A stretch of DNA of 64,000 nucleotides. It comes from a virus (Duplodnaviria; Caudoviricetes). The stretch lies in the IMG/VR virus record IMGVR_UViG_3300028833_000144, positions 1 to 64,000 of that record, one strand, 5' to 3'. Shown piece by piece: positions 30,164 through 40,068 of the stretch. The notes below the pieces were generated by a model. It searched no databases. It saw nothing but the letters and a program-made list of their open reading frames with translations, and had not been told where the DNA came from. How positions within the stretch are numbered: the first letter of the stretch is position 1; every line of letters starts with the position of its first letter. Both the position numbers and the translations under genes were made by a program.

Positions 30164-30432
30164 TTTATGATAAGTCTATCTTTCCTGCAAGGCTTAAAGC
30201 TGCTATGGAAAGCCGTAGAGTAAACGGGAAAGAGTTAAGTGAGAAAACAGGCGTAACGCAGTCTAGTATTTCACGTTATCTATCTGGAGAAAACATACCG
30301 AGGATCGACAATGTATTTGTTCTTTCAGATGTTCTCGATGTAGAGCCTAAATGGTTGCTTGGATTAGATGATACAGAAAAGGAAGTTACTAACTATATTT
30401 TCTGCCCGTGGTGCGGAAGAAGATTAAGATAA
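30160..30432 (+). CDS. XRE-family HTH regulator
   Basis: RLKAAM..KELSEKTGVTQSSISRYLSG..PRID..LDVEPKWLLG. Confidence 0.85.
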   Translation: MIYDKSIFPARLKAAMESRRVNGKELSEKTGVTQSSISRYLSGENIPRIDNVFVLSDVLDVEPKWLLGLDDTEKEVTNYIFCPWCGRRLR

Positions 30433-30435
30433 AAG

Positions 30436-30463
30436 AAACCCCTCATTTACGAGGGGTTTTTAT
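30436..30463. terminator. Bidirectional intrinsic terminator at convergence point
   Basis: aaacccctc-atttac-gaggggttt flanked by A and T runs between convergent genes. Confidence 0.85.
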
Positions 30464-30468
30464 TTTGT

Positions 30469-31509
30469 TTACATTATGTTTTCATCTACTAACTTTTCTA
30501 CTTGTTCAAGAATATCGGAATGTTCTTCAAGGAATTTACATACTCCATCCGATCCTTGTATTTGTTTCTCTGCTCCAGGTATTGTGTACCATGCTCCTGC
30601 TTGAGAAATAACGGAAAGCTTAATTGCCATATCAACAAGGTCTTTTAAGTAATCTATTCCTTTACTAAATACCAAAGTACAGAATCCTGATCTTCTATCC
30701 GGTGCGCCTGTCTTTATCTTTGTAATCAAAGTCTGAATCTTCATGCCGTAAGGAGATTCAGTATAGCTAGGTAATTCTTTACCCTTCTCGTCAATGTAAA
30801 TACCCTTGCCTACGTTAATACGAAGTGAAAGAGCATACTTCCATGCTCGTCCTCCAGGTGTTCTCTTACCACCATGCTGACTGTTGATAATGTCACGTTC
30901 TTGGTTAATGCCTACGATAGTACAGTTATACTTTTGAAGCAGTCCTGTAACTCTGTTGGAAAAACGTGAGATAGGTGCGGAAGCTCCTCCGTAAGTCTTA
31001 TCCTCATAACTCTTCTTGGGATCAAGTTCGGCAGCGGACACCATAGCAGCAATACTGTCTATAACTACAAAACCTACATCTCCTGTCTTAATGGAGGCTT
31101 CTACAATATCAAATATCTTCTCTGCTGACTGCTTTTCTTTTGGTTGGAAAAGATACATGGAATCTATATCTACTCCGAGAAGTTCTGCCCATTCAGTATT
31201 AAGGGAATTTTCAACGTCACAATAGAAAACGGAACGCTCGATGTAATTATCGTCCTCTTCTGCTTTGCGTCTTTCTATCGCTTGGAAATTAGCAACAAGG
31301 TCAAGAGCTAATGTTGTCTTTCCTCCGTATTCATCTCCGTATAATTCTGTTATTCTCTCGACCGGAATACCACCTCTAGTACAGTAATTCAGTCTTGGAG
31401 ATGTAAAAGGAATCTTCTCATAGTTATAATGAGCAAGTCCTTTAAACATAATCTCTTCTTTTGCGTCTTTATTAAATTCCTTAATAAGTGCGTCCATTTT
31501 GGAACTCAT
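30469..31509 (-). CDS. recA: RecA-like recombinase
   Basis: GGIPVERITELYGDEYGGKTT, DVENSL, VVIDSIAAM, GINQER, TPGGRAWKY. Confidence 0.9.
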   Translation of the reverse strand: MSSKMDALIKEFNKDAKEEIMFKGLAHYNYEKIPFTSPRLNYCTRGGIPVERITELYGDEYGGKTTLALDLVANFQAIERRKAEEDDNYIERSVFYCDVENSLNTEWAELLGVDIDSMYLFQPKEKQSAEKIFDIVEASIKTGDVGFVVIDSIAAMVSAAELDPKKSYEDKTYGGASAPISRFSNRVTGLLQKYNCTIVGINQERDIINSQHGGKRTPGGRAWKYALSLRINVGKGIYIDEKGKELPSYTESPYGMKIQTLITKIKTGAPDRRSGFCTLVFSKGIDYLKDLVDMAIKLSVISQAGAWYTIPGAEKQIQGSDGVCKFLEEHSDILEQVEKLVDENIM

Positions 31510-31517
31510 TTTAAAAT

Positions 31518-31982
31518 TTACCTCCTTACTAATTCTGCAATTCCTCTGATCGTGAATAATTCCTCACAAAATTCTTCCCATTCTTTCTCATTATCCCATT
31601 CGTTAAACGCTCCATGATAGCTATATTCGCCTGCAACATAGTTTTCACATATCTCTACTATCTGACGGTAAGTAAGCGTTATTTGCCCTGTTACAAGCGT
31701 TCCTAAAGGCATCTTCTGAATCCATTGTCTGTTGGAATACCTTTTTGAAACTTTAAATCTCTCTTTTTGTGTTTCTGTATAGCCAGGAGCGAATGTATCA
31801 AAGCAAAAAGATAACTCCTCTGTCGGAAGTATAAAATTACTTCTCTCATAAGTTACTACTTCGGAATCAAGCCACCAATAAATAGGTGCTTGGATAGTAA
31901 AGATCAATACAGGGTTTCTTTTAAATAAGAAAAACCCTGTATCAACTAATTTATTGGATTCAATGTTTAGAATTTTAAGCAT
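31518..31982 (-). CDS. Hypothetical protein, weakly ThyX-like
   Basis: TIQAPIYWW..MPLG....ITLTYRQI..EWEEFC resembles degenerate phage ThyX-like proteins; catalytic motif not evident. Confidence 0.3.
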   Translation of the reverse strand: MLKILNIESNKLVDTGFFLFKRNPVLIFTIQAPIYWWLDSEVVTYERSNFILPTEELSFCFDTFAPGYTETQKERFKVSKRYSNRQWIQKMPLGTLVTGQITLTYRQIVEICENYVAGEYSYHGAFNEWDNEKEWEEFCEELFTIRGIAELVRR

Positions 31983-32496
31983 TGCCTATCCTCGATAACT
32001 TCATTTCATCTTGCCTGCGTGAAATTACTTTCTTAATGCTTGCAAGTAATTCCATAGCATTTTCTATCTTTGCTTTAGCAGTCTTATAAGCACTTGTATA
32101 TGCTATGCTTACCACACTCTCTTTAAGGCTTTGAAGCTCTGCCGTGTTAGTCTTATCCTGTGCAGTTCCTTTTTTGCAATTAAGCCTGTATGTGTTAAAT
32201 GCTTCTTTGTATGTGGTCTTTGCCACTCCGTCACGGACACCTATTCTTTCTGCACCCTCTCCGGCAAAGTAGATCAATGTGGAAAGATTAAGACAATAAT
32301 CATCAAGTTCGGAATCTGTTGGTGGATTCTTCTTGTCTTGCAGCTTTGTCTGAATCTTCTTAACATATTCATCAAGGTCTTTCATAAAAGGCTCTGTGAT
32401 TTCATCTACAATTTCATCTATGTATGATGAATTAATCTGAACGTCATTAGATATATTCTTAATCTGATTCAGAATTATCGGTTCTATCTTGCTCAT
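31975..32496 (-). CDS. Helical hypothetical protein in recombination cluster (possible recombination mediator)
   Basis: Between recA and recU; start MSKIEP. Confidence 0.45.
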   Translation of the reverse strand: MSKIEPIILNQIKNISNDVQINSSYIDEIVDEITEPFMKDLDEYVKKIQTKLQDKKNPPTDSELDDYCLNLSTLIYFAGEGAERIGVRDGVAKTTYKEAFNTYRLNCKKGTAQDKTNTAELQSLKESVVSIAYTSAYKTAKAKIENAMELLASIKKVISRRQDEMKLSRIGNA

Positions 32497-32926
32497 GTTC
32501 TGTAACCTCCTCTTCAATAATAGGTAATTCTATGCACTCCAGGTAATCCGCAGGAATAAGGTATGTAGCACCTTCTAGGTCAAAGCAAGTGAGAACAGGG
32601 TAAATTTCATTAGAACAGTAGGATTCTACTGTCATACCCTTTAATTCTCCTCTATATACTTTGTAAACATATGTCTTTTTCATAAGAACTTATCCTTTAG
32701 GTGTAACGTCTTTTGCATTTGCCATTCTCAATCTATCTTCGTCTGTTTCAAAATAAGCCGTAAATGTCATATCTTTAAAATTAAAAATATCTACTTGTGA
32801 CTTATCAATAACCTTCTGATTAGAAAACCATTCATTTATCTCGTTTGTAGCATCATGTATCTTATGAAGTTTTCCTTCTTTATCTTTAGAATAAAACTCT
32901 AATTTCCCCATACCTTCAACATTCAT
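32459..32926 (-). other. Two small hypothetical ORFs (32459-32683, 32690-32926)
   Basis: ORF track, SD-like sequences. Confidence 0.5.
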
Positions 32927-33404
32927 ATAACCTCCTCAAAAAATTCTCCATGTCATATTCAAAGTACACTCTCTTTTTCTTACCTTGAATTACTATGTGT
33001 CTGATGCGTTCTGTATGTTTATCTTGTATATTTTTAATATTGATAGATTTATTTCCAATATCTCTCCAAAACGCAATCTCATTTATAGGAATCCAAACTG
33101 TTAAATCATGGTCAATAAACCAAACTATTACTCCTGCTAACACTCCATTTATTTTTGACTTTTCTAACATTCCAGTTATCTGTTCTTCTCTAATACAAGA
33201 GAACGGAAGAGTATTACCCTTATGTGACTTACATTCAACGTATATCTGATGTGGATATTTATAAACGATAAAATCAGAAGGATTATCTACATTCTTTAAC
33301 TTCTTTGGTGCGTCACGAAGTCTGTCTATTGATACATCTTCTACTTCTTCAAAGGATCGCTTGATTACGTCCTCGAAAATCTTTCCTTTGTTTGCTCTAG
33401 CCAT
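32916..33404 (-). CDS. recU: RecU-like Holliday junction resolvase
   Basis: NKGKIFE..PSDF..IYVECKS..LPFS.I..EQ..ML motif; start MARAN. Confidence 0.8.
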   Translation of the reverse strand: MARANKGKIFEDVIKRSFEEVEDVSIDRLRDAPKKLKNVDNPSDFIVYKYPHQIYVECKSHKGNTLPFSCIREEQITGMLEKSKINGVLAGVIVWFIDHDLTVWIPINEIAFWRDIGNKSINIKNIQDKHTERIRHIVIQGKKKRVYFEYDMENFLRRLYEC

Positions 33405-33578
33405 ATTTACCTCATTATTAATCCGGCTATAACGGTCGGACACCACTCCGGCTATGAATTGCACATAATTAATATAAGGAGGTTTCACATGAAAGTGAAA
33501 CGTGGCTGCCGTTGTAGGTACTGCCCCTACGCTAGAAGTGCCAAAAACTCCTGTACTGCTTTTATACTAAACGGCAAT

Positions 33579-33914
33579 TTACCAACTACAATAATCAGAT
33601 ATACATTTGTTATAGTATTCTAAATCGTTTCCTTTAAGATTCTGCCTACAATGATTATCTATCTGTTCCCACATCGACTGATACAGTTTACATATCCACT
33701 TTTCCTTATCATAATGCTCGTAAACTTTCCAATTTACTGCCATTGATAATTCGGTTATGAAAATAGGATCATGCCTGTTCTCGACAAATAATCTGTCATA
33801 GGTGTTGGCAATAGCGGAAATACCAAAAGGCTCTGCCATACTTAACTCAACATAAAAACTCTTATGAGGTTTATATCCCGTAAGTTGTTCGATCTTCCAA
33901 TCCTTTATTGCCAC
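33579..33914 (-). CDS. Conserved phage hypothetical protein
   Basis: 111 aa with SD and own promoter. Confidence 0.6.
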   Translation of the reverse strand: MAIKDWKIEQLTGYKPHKSFYVELSMAEPFGISAIANTYDRLFVENRHDPIFITELSMAVNWKVYEHYDKEKWICKLYQSMWEQIDNHCRQNLKGNDLEYYNKCISDYCSW

Positions 33915-33935
33915 TCAATTAACCTCCTTACACTA

Positions 33936-33967
33936 AACATTATAGTAAATGTTCGTAAGAAGTTCAA
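33936..33967 (-). promoter_or_regulatory. SigA-type promoter with AACATT-N6-AATGTT operator
   Basis: Minus strand TTGAAC-17 bp-TATAAT; operator 33936-33953. Confidence 0.75.
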
Positions 33968-34776
33968 GCACTAAAAGCAGACCATTCATTTTCAATATCA
34001 GAAAGCCATTCATAGAATAAATCCTCTGTGGAATCTGCATCAGAAATGTCTTGCAAGTAATCTCCGGTTATTGCCATAAGTCTGCAATAGATAACGGGAT
34101 TATTTGCTGTTTGTACCTGTTCTGAACAAGCCTGTTTAAATGCTTTCCAAAGAATGTGCAAGGGGAATCTGTCATCATTATCGTTGTATGCGTTTATAAG
34201 GCTATTCTCGTCAGTTTTAAGGGTATTCAGTATATCTCTTACACTCTTTCTTAATAATTCGGTATTCAGTTCACACATCTCTTTTACCTCTCCTATATTT
34301 GTGGCTACTTCCAGGATATATTCTTTTTCTTCATCGGGAAGATCAATGTCATTAAGGTAATCGCATTTATCTTCATAAGAATAGGATTCCATAATGTAAG
34401 TTACTGCATTATTCTTTATCTTTAGCGGAATGTTATTCAGATTCTCGCAAGTAAGAATAAAGTATGCTTCGTAAGGCAGGTCTTTTATCGTATAAAGCAG
34501 AAGCTTTGTAGTTTCCTCTGATATATTATCGCACTCTGTAAGGACATAAAGCATAGGCATGGCAGGTGCTACTTGATATGCTAGTTCAAGTATATGTTCT
34601 ACTGCATGAGATGTAGGTGCTATATAAGTAAGACCATGATCTAAACTTCCGGCAATATAGTTAGCAAGTGTTTTTCTTCCGCTGCCTTTTTCTCCGATGA
34701 TAATAGATACTCTGGGAAATCTGTTTAATTCAACTTGCCTGTCTATTCTTTTAAGAAGTTCTCTTTGTCCGATCAT
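33964..34776 (-). CDS. DNA polymerase III delta-prime/gamma-like clamp-loader subunit (degenerate)
   Basis: MIGQRELL..IIIGEKGSGRKTLA; YFILTC..L..I; SRC motif replaced by NNA. Confidence 0.65.
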   Translation of the reverse strand: MIGQRELLKRIDRQVELNRFPRVSIIIGEKGSGRKTLANYIAGSLDHGLTYIAPTSHAVEHILELAYQVAPAMPMLYVLTECDNISEETTKLLLYTIKDLPYEAYFILTCENLNNIPLKIKNNAVTYIMESYSYEDKCDYLNDIDLPDEEKEYILEVATNIGEVKEMCELNTELLRKSVRDILNTLKTDENSLINAYNDNDDRFPLHILWKAFKQACSEQVQTANNPVIYCRLMAITGDYLQDISDADSTEDLFYEWLSDIENEWSAFSA

Positions 34777-35947
34777 TCTTTATTCTCCCTATACATCTCA
34801 CAAAATCCTCTAGCAGTAACTTCAAGAACGAATCCGTCTTTTTCGTTTGCTAATGCTATACAACAATTAGTTATCGTAAAGCCTTTGCCTTGAATAAAGT
34901 CTTTCTTTAATTCTCTACAATAAACACATGATTTACAATTCATCATTCTCTCCATATTGTTTCTACTAAATCTATTATCCATTTAATAACAAAGTACATT
35001 ATTGTCATAGAACATAGAACTATTAACAACGTATCAACTATCTCTATCATTCTTTGTTCTTGCCACCTACATCATCAAATAATAACTTTACCAATACTGT
35101 CAGACATAATGCCTGTTCATAATTTAATTTTGAAAATCCACATACATCGGGAATAACACAATTCCACATTAACATTACAGGCAAGGCATATAACAAGCAT
35201 AAAATAATAAATGCTATTATTGCTATTACTACTTCTTTCATGTCTTATTCTCCTTCTGCTTTGGGTAATAAACGACCATATCCCCGTTCTTTAACCATAT
35301 TGTCATTCCTTCTTTATCTGCTTGAAACACCTCATAACATACAGGTCTATAATCGTCTACCTCTGCTAAAGGAAAAGTGCTGTGAAACTTATTTAAACAT
35401 TCTTTAAAGGTCATTCTCTGTCTCCTTATCTGCTTCTATAATTGTTGAAGCGTTATCAATGGCAATAACAGGAACTACTTTAATTACTCCTTCATATTCA
35501 ACACCATTCCAACTGTCGTGGTCTATTGAAAATAATTTAATATAATCAGCATCTTTCAATCTTCCGTGTCCTTTTGGAACTGGTGTGCCGTTTGCGATTG
35601 CCTGTGCTATCATGTCCATTCCTGCATCACCAAGCATAGGGGGTCTGCCTTTGTAACATTCATATATTTCATCGGGAATATCAATTATCAGTTTCATTCT
35701 CTGTACCTCTCAAACTCTTTTTAAATTCTCTTATTGTGTCTATATTACGCTTTAACATTTCTAGGTTTATTAAAGCCTGTATATTATTCTCTTCTAAAGG
35801 TACAACTTCTCCTTCGTCAAGAACTATCATGTGAGTAATAAGAGGTTTTGCATCTATATCATGCAAATTACCGTCTTTATCTCTTATACAGACTGTACTA
35901 AACTCTTTGTCTATAAAATCGTGATCTATTATTGCTATGTATTTCAT
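34773..35947 (-). other. Run of small hypothetical ORFs (34773-34982, 35047-35241 TM, 35404-35697 MKLIIDIP family, 35681-35947)
   Basis: ORF track; SD sequences and overlaps. Confidence 0.55.
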
Positions 35948-35961
35948 ATTTCTAAATCACC

Positions 35962-36096
35962 TTAATACCTTATTATCGTTCCTTTCCCATTATGTTTATT
36001 TACCCAGTCGATTACTTCTTTGTAATTAAGACCACCTTGTTCTTTAGGACGCATTACAAAATCGTATATTTGAGGGTGTGTTATCTTCATTATCAT
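35962..36096 (-). pseudogene. Possible C-terminal remnant of a PAPS-reductase-family phage gene
   Basis: KITHPQIYDFVMRPKEQGGLNYKEVIDW..IRY resembles the recalled C-terminus of that family; N-terminal domain absent. Confidence 0.4.
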
Positions 36097-36271
36097 TCTC
36101 TGTCTTATCAAGCATGAGCATTTCATCTCGTACCTTCTGATACTCTTCAAAATCTTTATCGTTAAGATAGATTTTTGATCCACAAAAAGCACAATTCATT
36201 TCCCCACGAGAACTAATACGATATTCAGAACCACAATTATCGCAACGAATACAAAATAGCTTACTTCTCAT
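36044..36271 (-). CDS. Zn-ribbon protein (CDNCG..CAFCG)
   Basis: Two CxxC pairs; own promoter at 36292-36323. Confidence 0.6.
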   Translation of the reverse strand: MRSKLFCIRCDNCGSEYRISSRGEMNCAFCGSKIYLNDKDFEEYQKVRDEMLMLDKTENDNEDNTPSNIRFCNAS

Positions 36272-36291
36272 TTATTAACCTCCTTATGTTA

Positions 36292-36323
36292 AACATTATA
36301 ATAAATGTTTAGTGTAAAATCAA
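36292..36323 (-). promoter_or_regulatory. SigA-type promoter with AACATT-N6-AATGTT operator
   Basis: Minus strand TTGATT-17 bp-TATAAT; taaacatt..aatgttta palindrome. Confidence 0.75.
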
Positions 36324-36550
36324 GGATTTTTCATGTAATTCAAACACCATTTTTCAAAGTCTTGGTGTGACATAGGATCAACAGTATAATTTCTAAATTC
36401 AGACTGAAATTGCTCCATGTCATAAACAGTAATAGAAGCGATACCTAACATTTCATGGTAATTAAAGCCATATTTGCCTACTTCATATGTATCTAAATGA
36501 CATTGTAAGCTTTGTAATCTTTTTAACTCTTTTAATTCATCGTTTGTCAT
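36320..36550 (-). CDS. Hypothetical protein
   Basis: ORF track. Confidence 0.5.
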   Translation of the reverse strand: MTNDELKELKRLQSLQCHLDTYEVGKYGFNYHEMLGIASITVYDMEQFQSEFRNYTVDPMSHQDFEKWCLNYMKNP

Positions 36551-37278
36551 TTTACTTCTCCCCCAAACATCTTTGCTATCTCTGCTTCTCTTTTAGGAAT
36601 GTAAATATCAAGTGCTTTTTTAAGCTCTGCTAATTCTCCTTTATCTTCCCAAAAGATACTCATTGTGTCTTTGTCCGGATCACGTTGTTTATTACAAATA
36701 GAGCCACCAAGCCACTTATCAATATGATTAACTACATTAGGTGCAAGATTTATTTCCTCAATGCTGCCATGATTATCATAGAGCCATTCACGAAAGATAA
36801 GATCATCACTATTATTTCTCTTAACCGCCCCCTTAAAGTGCTGACTTTGCCACAAATTTCCATTCGCCCAATTAGCAAAAGAAGTAGTAAGAACAGTAGA
36901 AATATTTATGCAAGGAAAAGAATACCACATCTTATGTTCTTCTAATTTGAATGTTCCTGCCTGCGGTTCTTTATCATATCCACAAGTAAAACCACATACT
37001 ATCTCATGGTTTTCGTATTCCTCTGTAATTTTCTTAAAGTCCTTACTGATAACAACATCATCTTGTAAGTGCCATACATTCTTTATTCTTGCGTATCGTG
37101 CTTGAAAAGATAATCTGTTACAGGAATCCACCCAGGCTCTTAAATTGCCTATTCTATTCTTATCACGATATACAAGAATGTGATCCTGGTTAATACCCTG
37201 CTTAATCATTGAGGGTAAAAGAAAATCTTTAACGTACCAATACCGATCCTCACAAGTATGAATCATATAATAAGCCAT
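36547..37278 (-). CDS. GT-A-fold glycosyltransferase-like protein
   Basis: YMIH N-terminal strand, WHLQDDVVIS (DxD-like), SFPC, NVVNH. Confidence 0.55.
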   Translation of the reverse strand: MAYYMIHTCEDRYWYVKDFLLPSMIKQGINQDHILVYRDKNRIGNLRAWVDSCNRLSFQARYARIKNVWHLQDDVVISKDFKKITEEYENHEIVCGFTCGYDKEPQAGTFKLEEHKMWYSFPCINISTVLTTSFANWANGNLWQSQHFKGAVKRNNSDDLIFREWLYDNHGSIEEINLAPNVVNHIDKWLGGSICNKQRDPDKDTMSIFWEDKGELAELKKALDIYIPKREAEIAKMFGGEVK

Positions 37279-37426
37279 TACTCTTCCTCCTTTTTTATCC
37301 ACTCGTTATAACAAGCTATAAACTCTTCTTTTGTAATAACGGGTTCGCTTCGCATCATAGAATGGTCGTGTTCAACAGGAATCATTCTACACATTACATC
37401 TTTGATTATCTGAAATTTAGGCTTAT

Positions 37427-38071
37427 TCATCTGTAAATTTCTCCACCCTCAAATTTCTTAATATCTTCCGGTGTATCAATATCACAAGTGTAATCGTTGA
37501 TAACCGTGTAGTTTGTATAATCTATCTTTGCTAAAGGTGTATGCTTGATGACCTGCCACAATTCCCATGATACAGGCTGTCTATAAAACTTGCCCTGTTT
37601 CTCATACTCTTTCGTTTCCTCGATAGCTTCAAAGAATCTCTTTGTATCAATTACCTTATACGCAAAAGGCTCTGCCCATTCCTTACAGTAATTCTTTGCA
37701 AAAGGAGGAGCAGAAGCAAAGAACTCAATATCATCTGTTTCAGTTTCAACTATCGTCTTAATAGCATTAGGAGAAAATACTACATCTCCAAAGATATAAC
37801 AAACAGGATCGGTCATAGGGTAAAATCCGTCAAGCCAGGGTGTCTTTGCATCGTTATTCTTCGGAAGATAATAAGGATTTTCATGGTGCAGCACAGGAAC
37901 GCCAAACTGTTCAAAGATAGGATTGTTAGAACTGATAGCAATATCCTCTATTCCATTTTCTCTTAACAGTCTTATTGTCCTTGCTACTAAAGGTTCTCCG
38001 TGTATCATAGATAAATGCTTAGGCGTTTCCCATTTTTCATAACTGCCACCTGCCATTATAATGTAGATCAT
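37427..38071 (-). CDS. Nucleotidyltransferase (LicC/IspD/MobA-like)
   Basis: IIMAGGS..PKHL..GEPLVARTIRLL, IFGDVVFS, DIDTPED. Confidence 0.8.
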   Translation of the reverse strand: MIYIIMAGGSYEKWETPKHLSMIHGEPLVARTIRLLRENGIEDIAISSNNPIFEQFGVPVLHHENPYYLPKNNDAKTPWLDGFYPMTDPVCYIFGDVVFSPNAIKTIVETETDDIEFFASAPPFAKNYCKEWAEPFAYKVIDTKRFFEAIEETKEYEKQGKFYRQPVSWELWQVIKHTPLAKIDYTNYTVINDYTCDIDTPEDIKKFEGGEIYR

Positions 38072-38364
38072 TTTTGTTTGTCCTCCTTTGCTTGTCTGCC
38101 ACCTCTGTTCTTCTCGTTTGCCATGACTACTCTTTTTTGAATACCAAGAACAACATAACCCTCTTTTAATCCCTCATGTTCTTCTGTCTTACTGATAATT
38201 TCTTTCTTTGCTTCTCTGCCTGTGTAATCAAAACTGTCAAATTCACGAAAGATTAACGTATCTCCTATCTTAAACTGTCTGTCATTAGGAAGTATGACGA
38301 ATGTTGTAGTATTCTTCCTTAATTTAAGGAGAGTATCGGTATCTACTGAATACTTATAGATCAT
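38068..38364 (-). CDS. ASCH/DUF3850-like protein
   Basis: NDRQFKIGDTLIFREF..YTGR..GLKEGYVVLGI. Confidence 0.7.
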   Translation of the reverse strand: MIYKYSVDTDTLLKLRKNTTTFVILPNDRQFKIGDTLIFREFDSFDYTGREAKKEIISKTEEHEGLKEGYVVLGIQKRVVMANEKNRGGRQAKEDKQK

Positions 38365-38692
38365 ATTCTGCCTCCAAACTTCTCTTCATAGCCAAGAATG
38401 TTTTTTCGTCAACAAGGTAAAACTGTTCTCCGTCCCCAAAGTCAATTACTAAAGCAGAATAGTCTTTACCCATAGCAAACGCTTCTTCCTTATTTTTCTC
38501 TATCCATTCACGCTTGATAGAAAAGGATTTACTTTCAGTAGTCTTTGTCTTTGCTTCAAAAAGCCACTTATCTGTTTTTACATCTCCGGCGCAAAACTTT
38601 GGCGCACCACTATTCGCTACCTGCTTCCCCTGTACTGCTTTCGCTATCTTCTTCTCTTGTCGGTTTGAAAAAAATCGTGTCGGACGGTTCAT
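38354..38692 (-). CDS. PD-(D/E)xK nuclease, Hjc-like
   Basis: QEKKIAK..NSGA..GDV..LFEAKT..SFSIKREW. Confidence 0.7.
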   Translation of the reverse strand: MNRPTRFFSNRQEKKIAKAVQGKQVANSGAPKFCAGDVKTDKWLFEAKTKTTESKSFSIKREWIEKNKEEAFAMGKDYSALVIDFGDGEQFYLVDEKTFLAMKRSLEAEYDL

Positions 38693-38856
38693 AATACGGT
38701 ATTACTCCTTTAAATCCTTGTTGCATTTACCTCTCCTCATATACTTCTGACAGTTAGGACAATAGATAGGTTGTGTCTTGCACTTATATCCACAAAAGGT
38801 ACATTCTCTTATTAACTGTCCGTTGATTACTATATACTTCCAAAGTGTACTGTTCT

Positions 38857-39111
38857 TTACTTCCATTTAATAGTTACCTCCTTTAAGCCTAGTGCATCAA
38901 ATATACGGATCATTGACCGGAAAGAAGGGCAAGCCGTTCCGTCCTCTCTGTATATCTCGCATAACGTAGCCGATGATAATTGAGAATCTTTACCTAATTT
39001 AATAGTCGAAATCTTCTTCTCTTCCTTAATTTCTCTTATCTGTCTTGCTACATCATCTCTCGCAAACAACTCAGCAGTATTCATATACTTTCTTTTCTTC
39101 CATACATTCAT
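38857..39111 (-). CDS. XRE-like HTH protein
   Basis: IREIKEEKKISTIKLGKDSQLSSATL..PSFRSM. Confidence 0.6.
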   Translation of the reverse strand: MNVWKKRKYMNTAELFARDDVARQIREIKEEKKISTIKLGKDSQLSSATLCEIYREDGTACPSFRSMIRIFDALGLKEVTIKWK

Positions 39112-39299
39112 TCCTTAATCTCCTCCACTCTCCATGTACTAGGAAGATGTAAAACACTATAATCACATACACAATGAGCATTTAAGATACTGTCATTCTT
39201 ATTACCAATGTTTAACGGACAATTAGTACATACATGATTCCTACAAAACTCTGCTATTGTCTTTGCAGCTTGTACTACTTCCTTTTCAGTCTGCGTCAT
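39108..39299 (-). CDS. Small Cys-rich protein
   Basis: FC...CTNCPL..C.C..P..W. Confidence 0.5.
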   Translation of the reverse strand: MTQTEKEVVQAAKTIAEFCRNHVCTNCPLNIGNKNDSILNAHCVCDYSVLHLPSTWRVEEIKE

Positions 39300-39525
39300 T
39301 CTTAATGTCCTCCTCGATAGAATATCTAGTGATCCTTACCTTCTTACCATTCTTCCTTGCGGTAATGGTAATAGGTTCTCTCTTAATCTTAACCCTGTCT
39401 ATTCTCTCAAGTTCTCCTATTCTGGAAGATAATTCAGTAACACCTATCTCCAAGAAAGATTCCATTCTAGTGATACTTCCATGCTCTCTCATGTACTGTA
39501 ATACTTCATGCCTCTGTGATTCCAT
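39286..39525 (-). CDS. Winged-helix HTH protein
   Basis: QRHEVLQYMREHGSIT..E....GVTELSSRI.EL. Confidence 0.7.
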   Translation of the reverse strand: MESQRHEVLQYMREHGSITRMESFLEIGVTELSSRIGELERIDRVKIKREPITITARKNGKKVRITRYSIEEDIKNDAD

Positions 39526-39526
39526 A

Positions 39527-40057
39527 TCAATTTTCCTCCTTAATTCTGTCTAACTGTCTTTCAAGCTTAATATCTTTCATAGCTTTAATATCTCTTTCGG
39601 ATATTTCAAGAAGATGTTTAATTTGAGAAATCATAATCTCTACATCTGCAATCTCTTCTTCAATGTGAATTTTCTTAAAAGCTTCGAGATCATTCGATCT
39701 TCTGTACTTACTTACTGCCTGTATCAACTCTGAACATTCTTCCTGTAATATATCGAGTTGAGAATCCTTACCGTAATGTTCTGCTATCTTAATGATTCTC
39801 TTATCTACCTTTGCCTTTTTATCAAAGCCTCCGATATTAAAATAACTTTCACAATGCAAAGCATCTTCTGTCTGACTGTCCATAGGAATCTTGTTATCTT
39901 CCATAACAAAGCGGTATGATCCACCCTCTCCGCTACCATCTCCGCATTGAAGATTATGGTAAGTAAGATAATGTCCGTCCTCGCTTATCCTCAAACTGTC
40001 ATGCTTGTTACTGCCATAGGTATGAACAGTCCCGTTACATAAATCAAGAATCTTCAT
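39527..40057 (-). CDS. MazG-like nucleotide pyrophosphohydrolase (C-terminal domain)
   Basis: QLDILQEECSELIQAVSK..EEIADVEIMISQ. Confidence 0.75.
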   Translation of the reverse strand: MKILDLCNGTVHTYGSNKHDSLRISEDGHYLTYHNLQCGDGSGEGGSYRFVMEDNKIPMDSQTEDALHCESYFNIGGFDKKAKVDKRIIKIAEHYGKDSQLDILQEECSELIQAVSKYRRSNDLEAFKKIHIEEEIADVEIMISQIKHLLEISERDIKAMKDIKLERQLDRIKEEN

Positions 40058-40068
40058 TAAAAACCTCC

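Noticed and set aside
31518-31982. Functional thymidylate synthase ThyX
   Set aside because: RHRxxS-type catalytic motif absent; only peripheral resemblance
33936-33953. LexA/SOS box
   Set aside because: Half-site spacing is AAC-N12-GTT rather than GAAC-N4-GTTC
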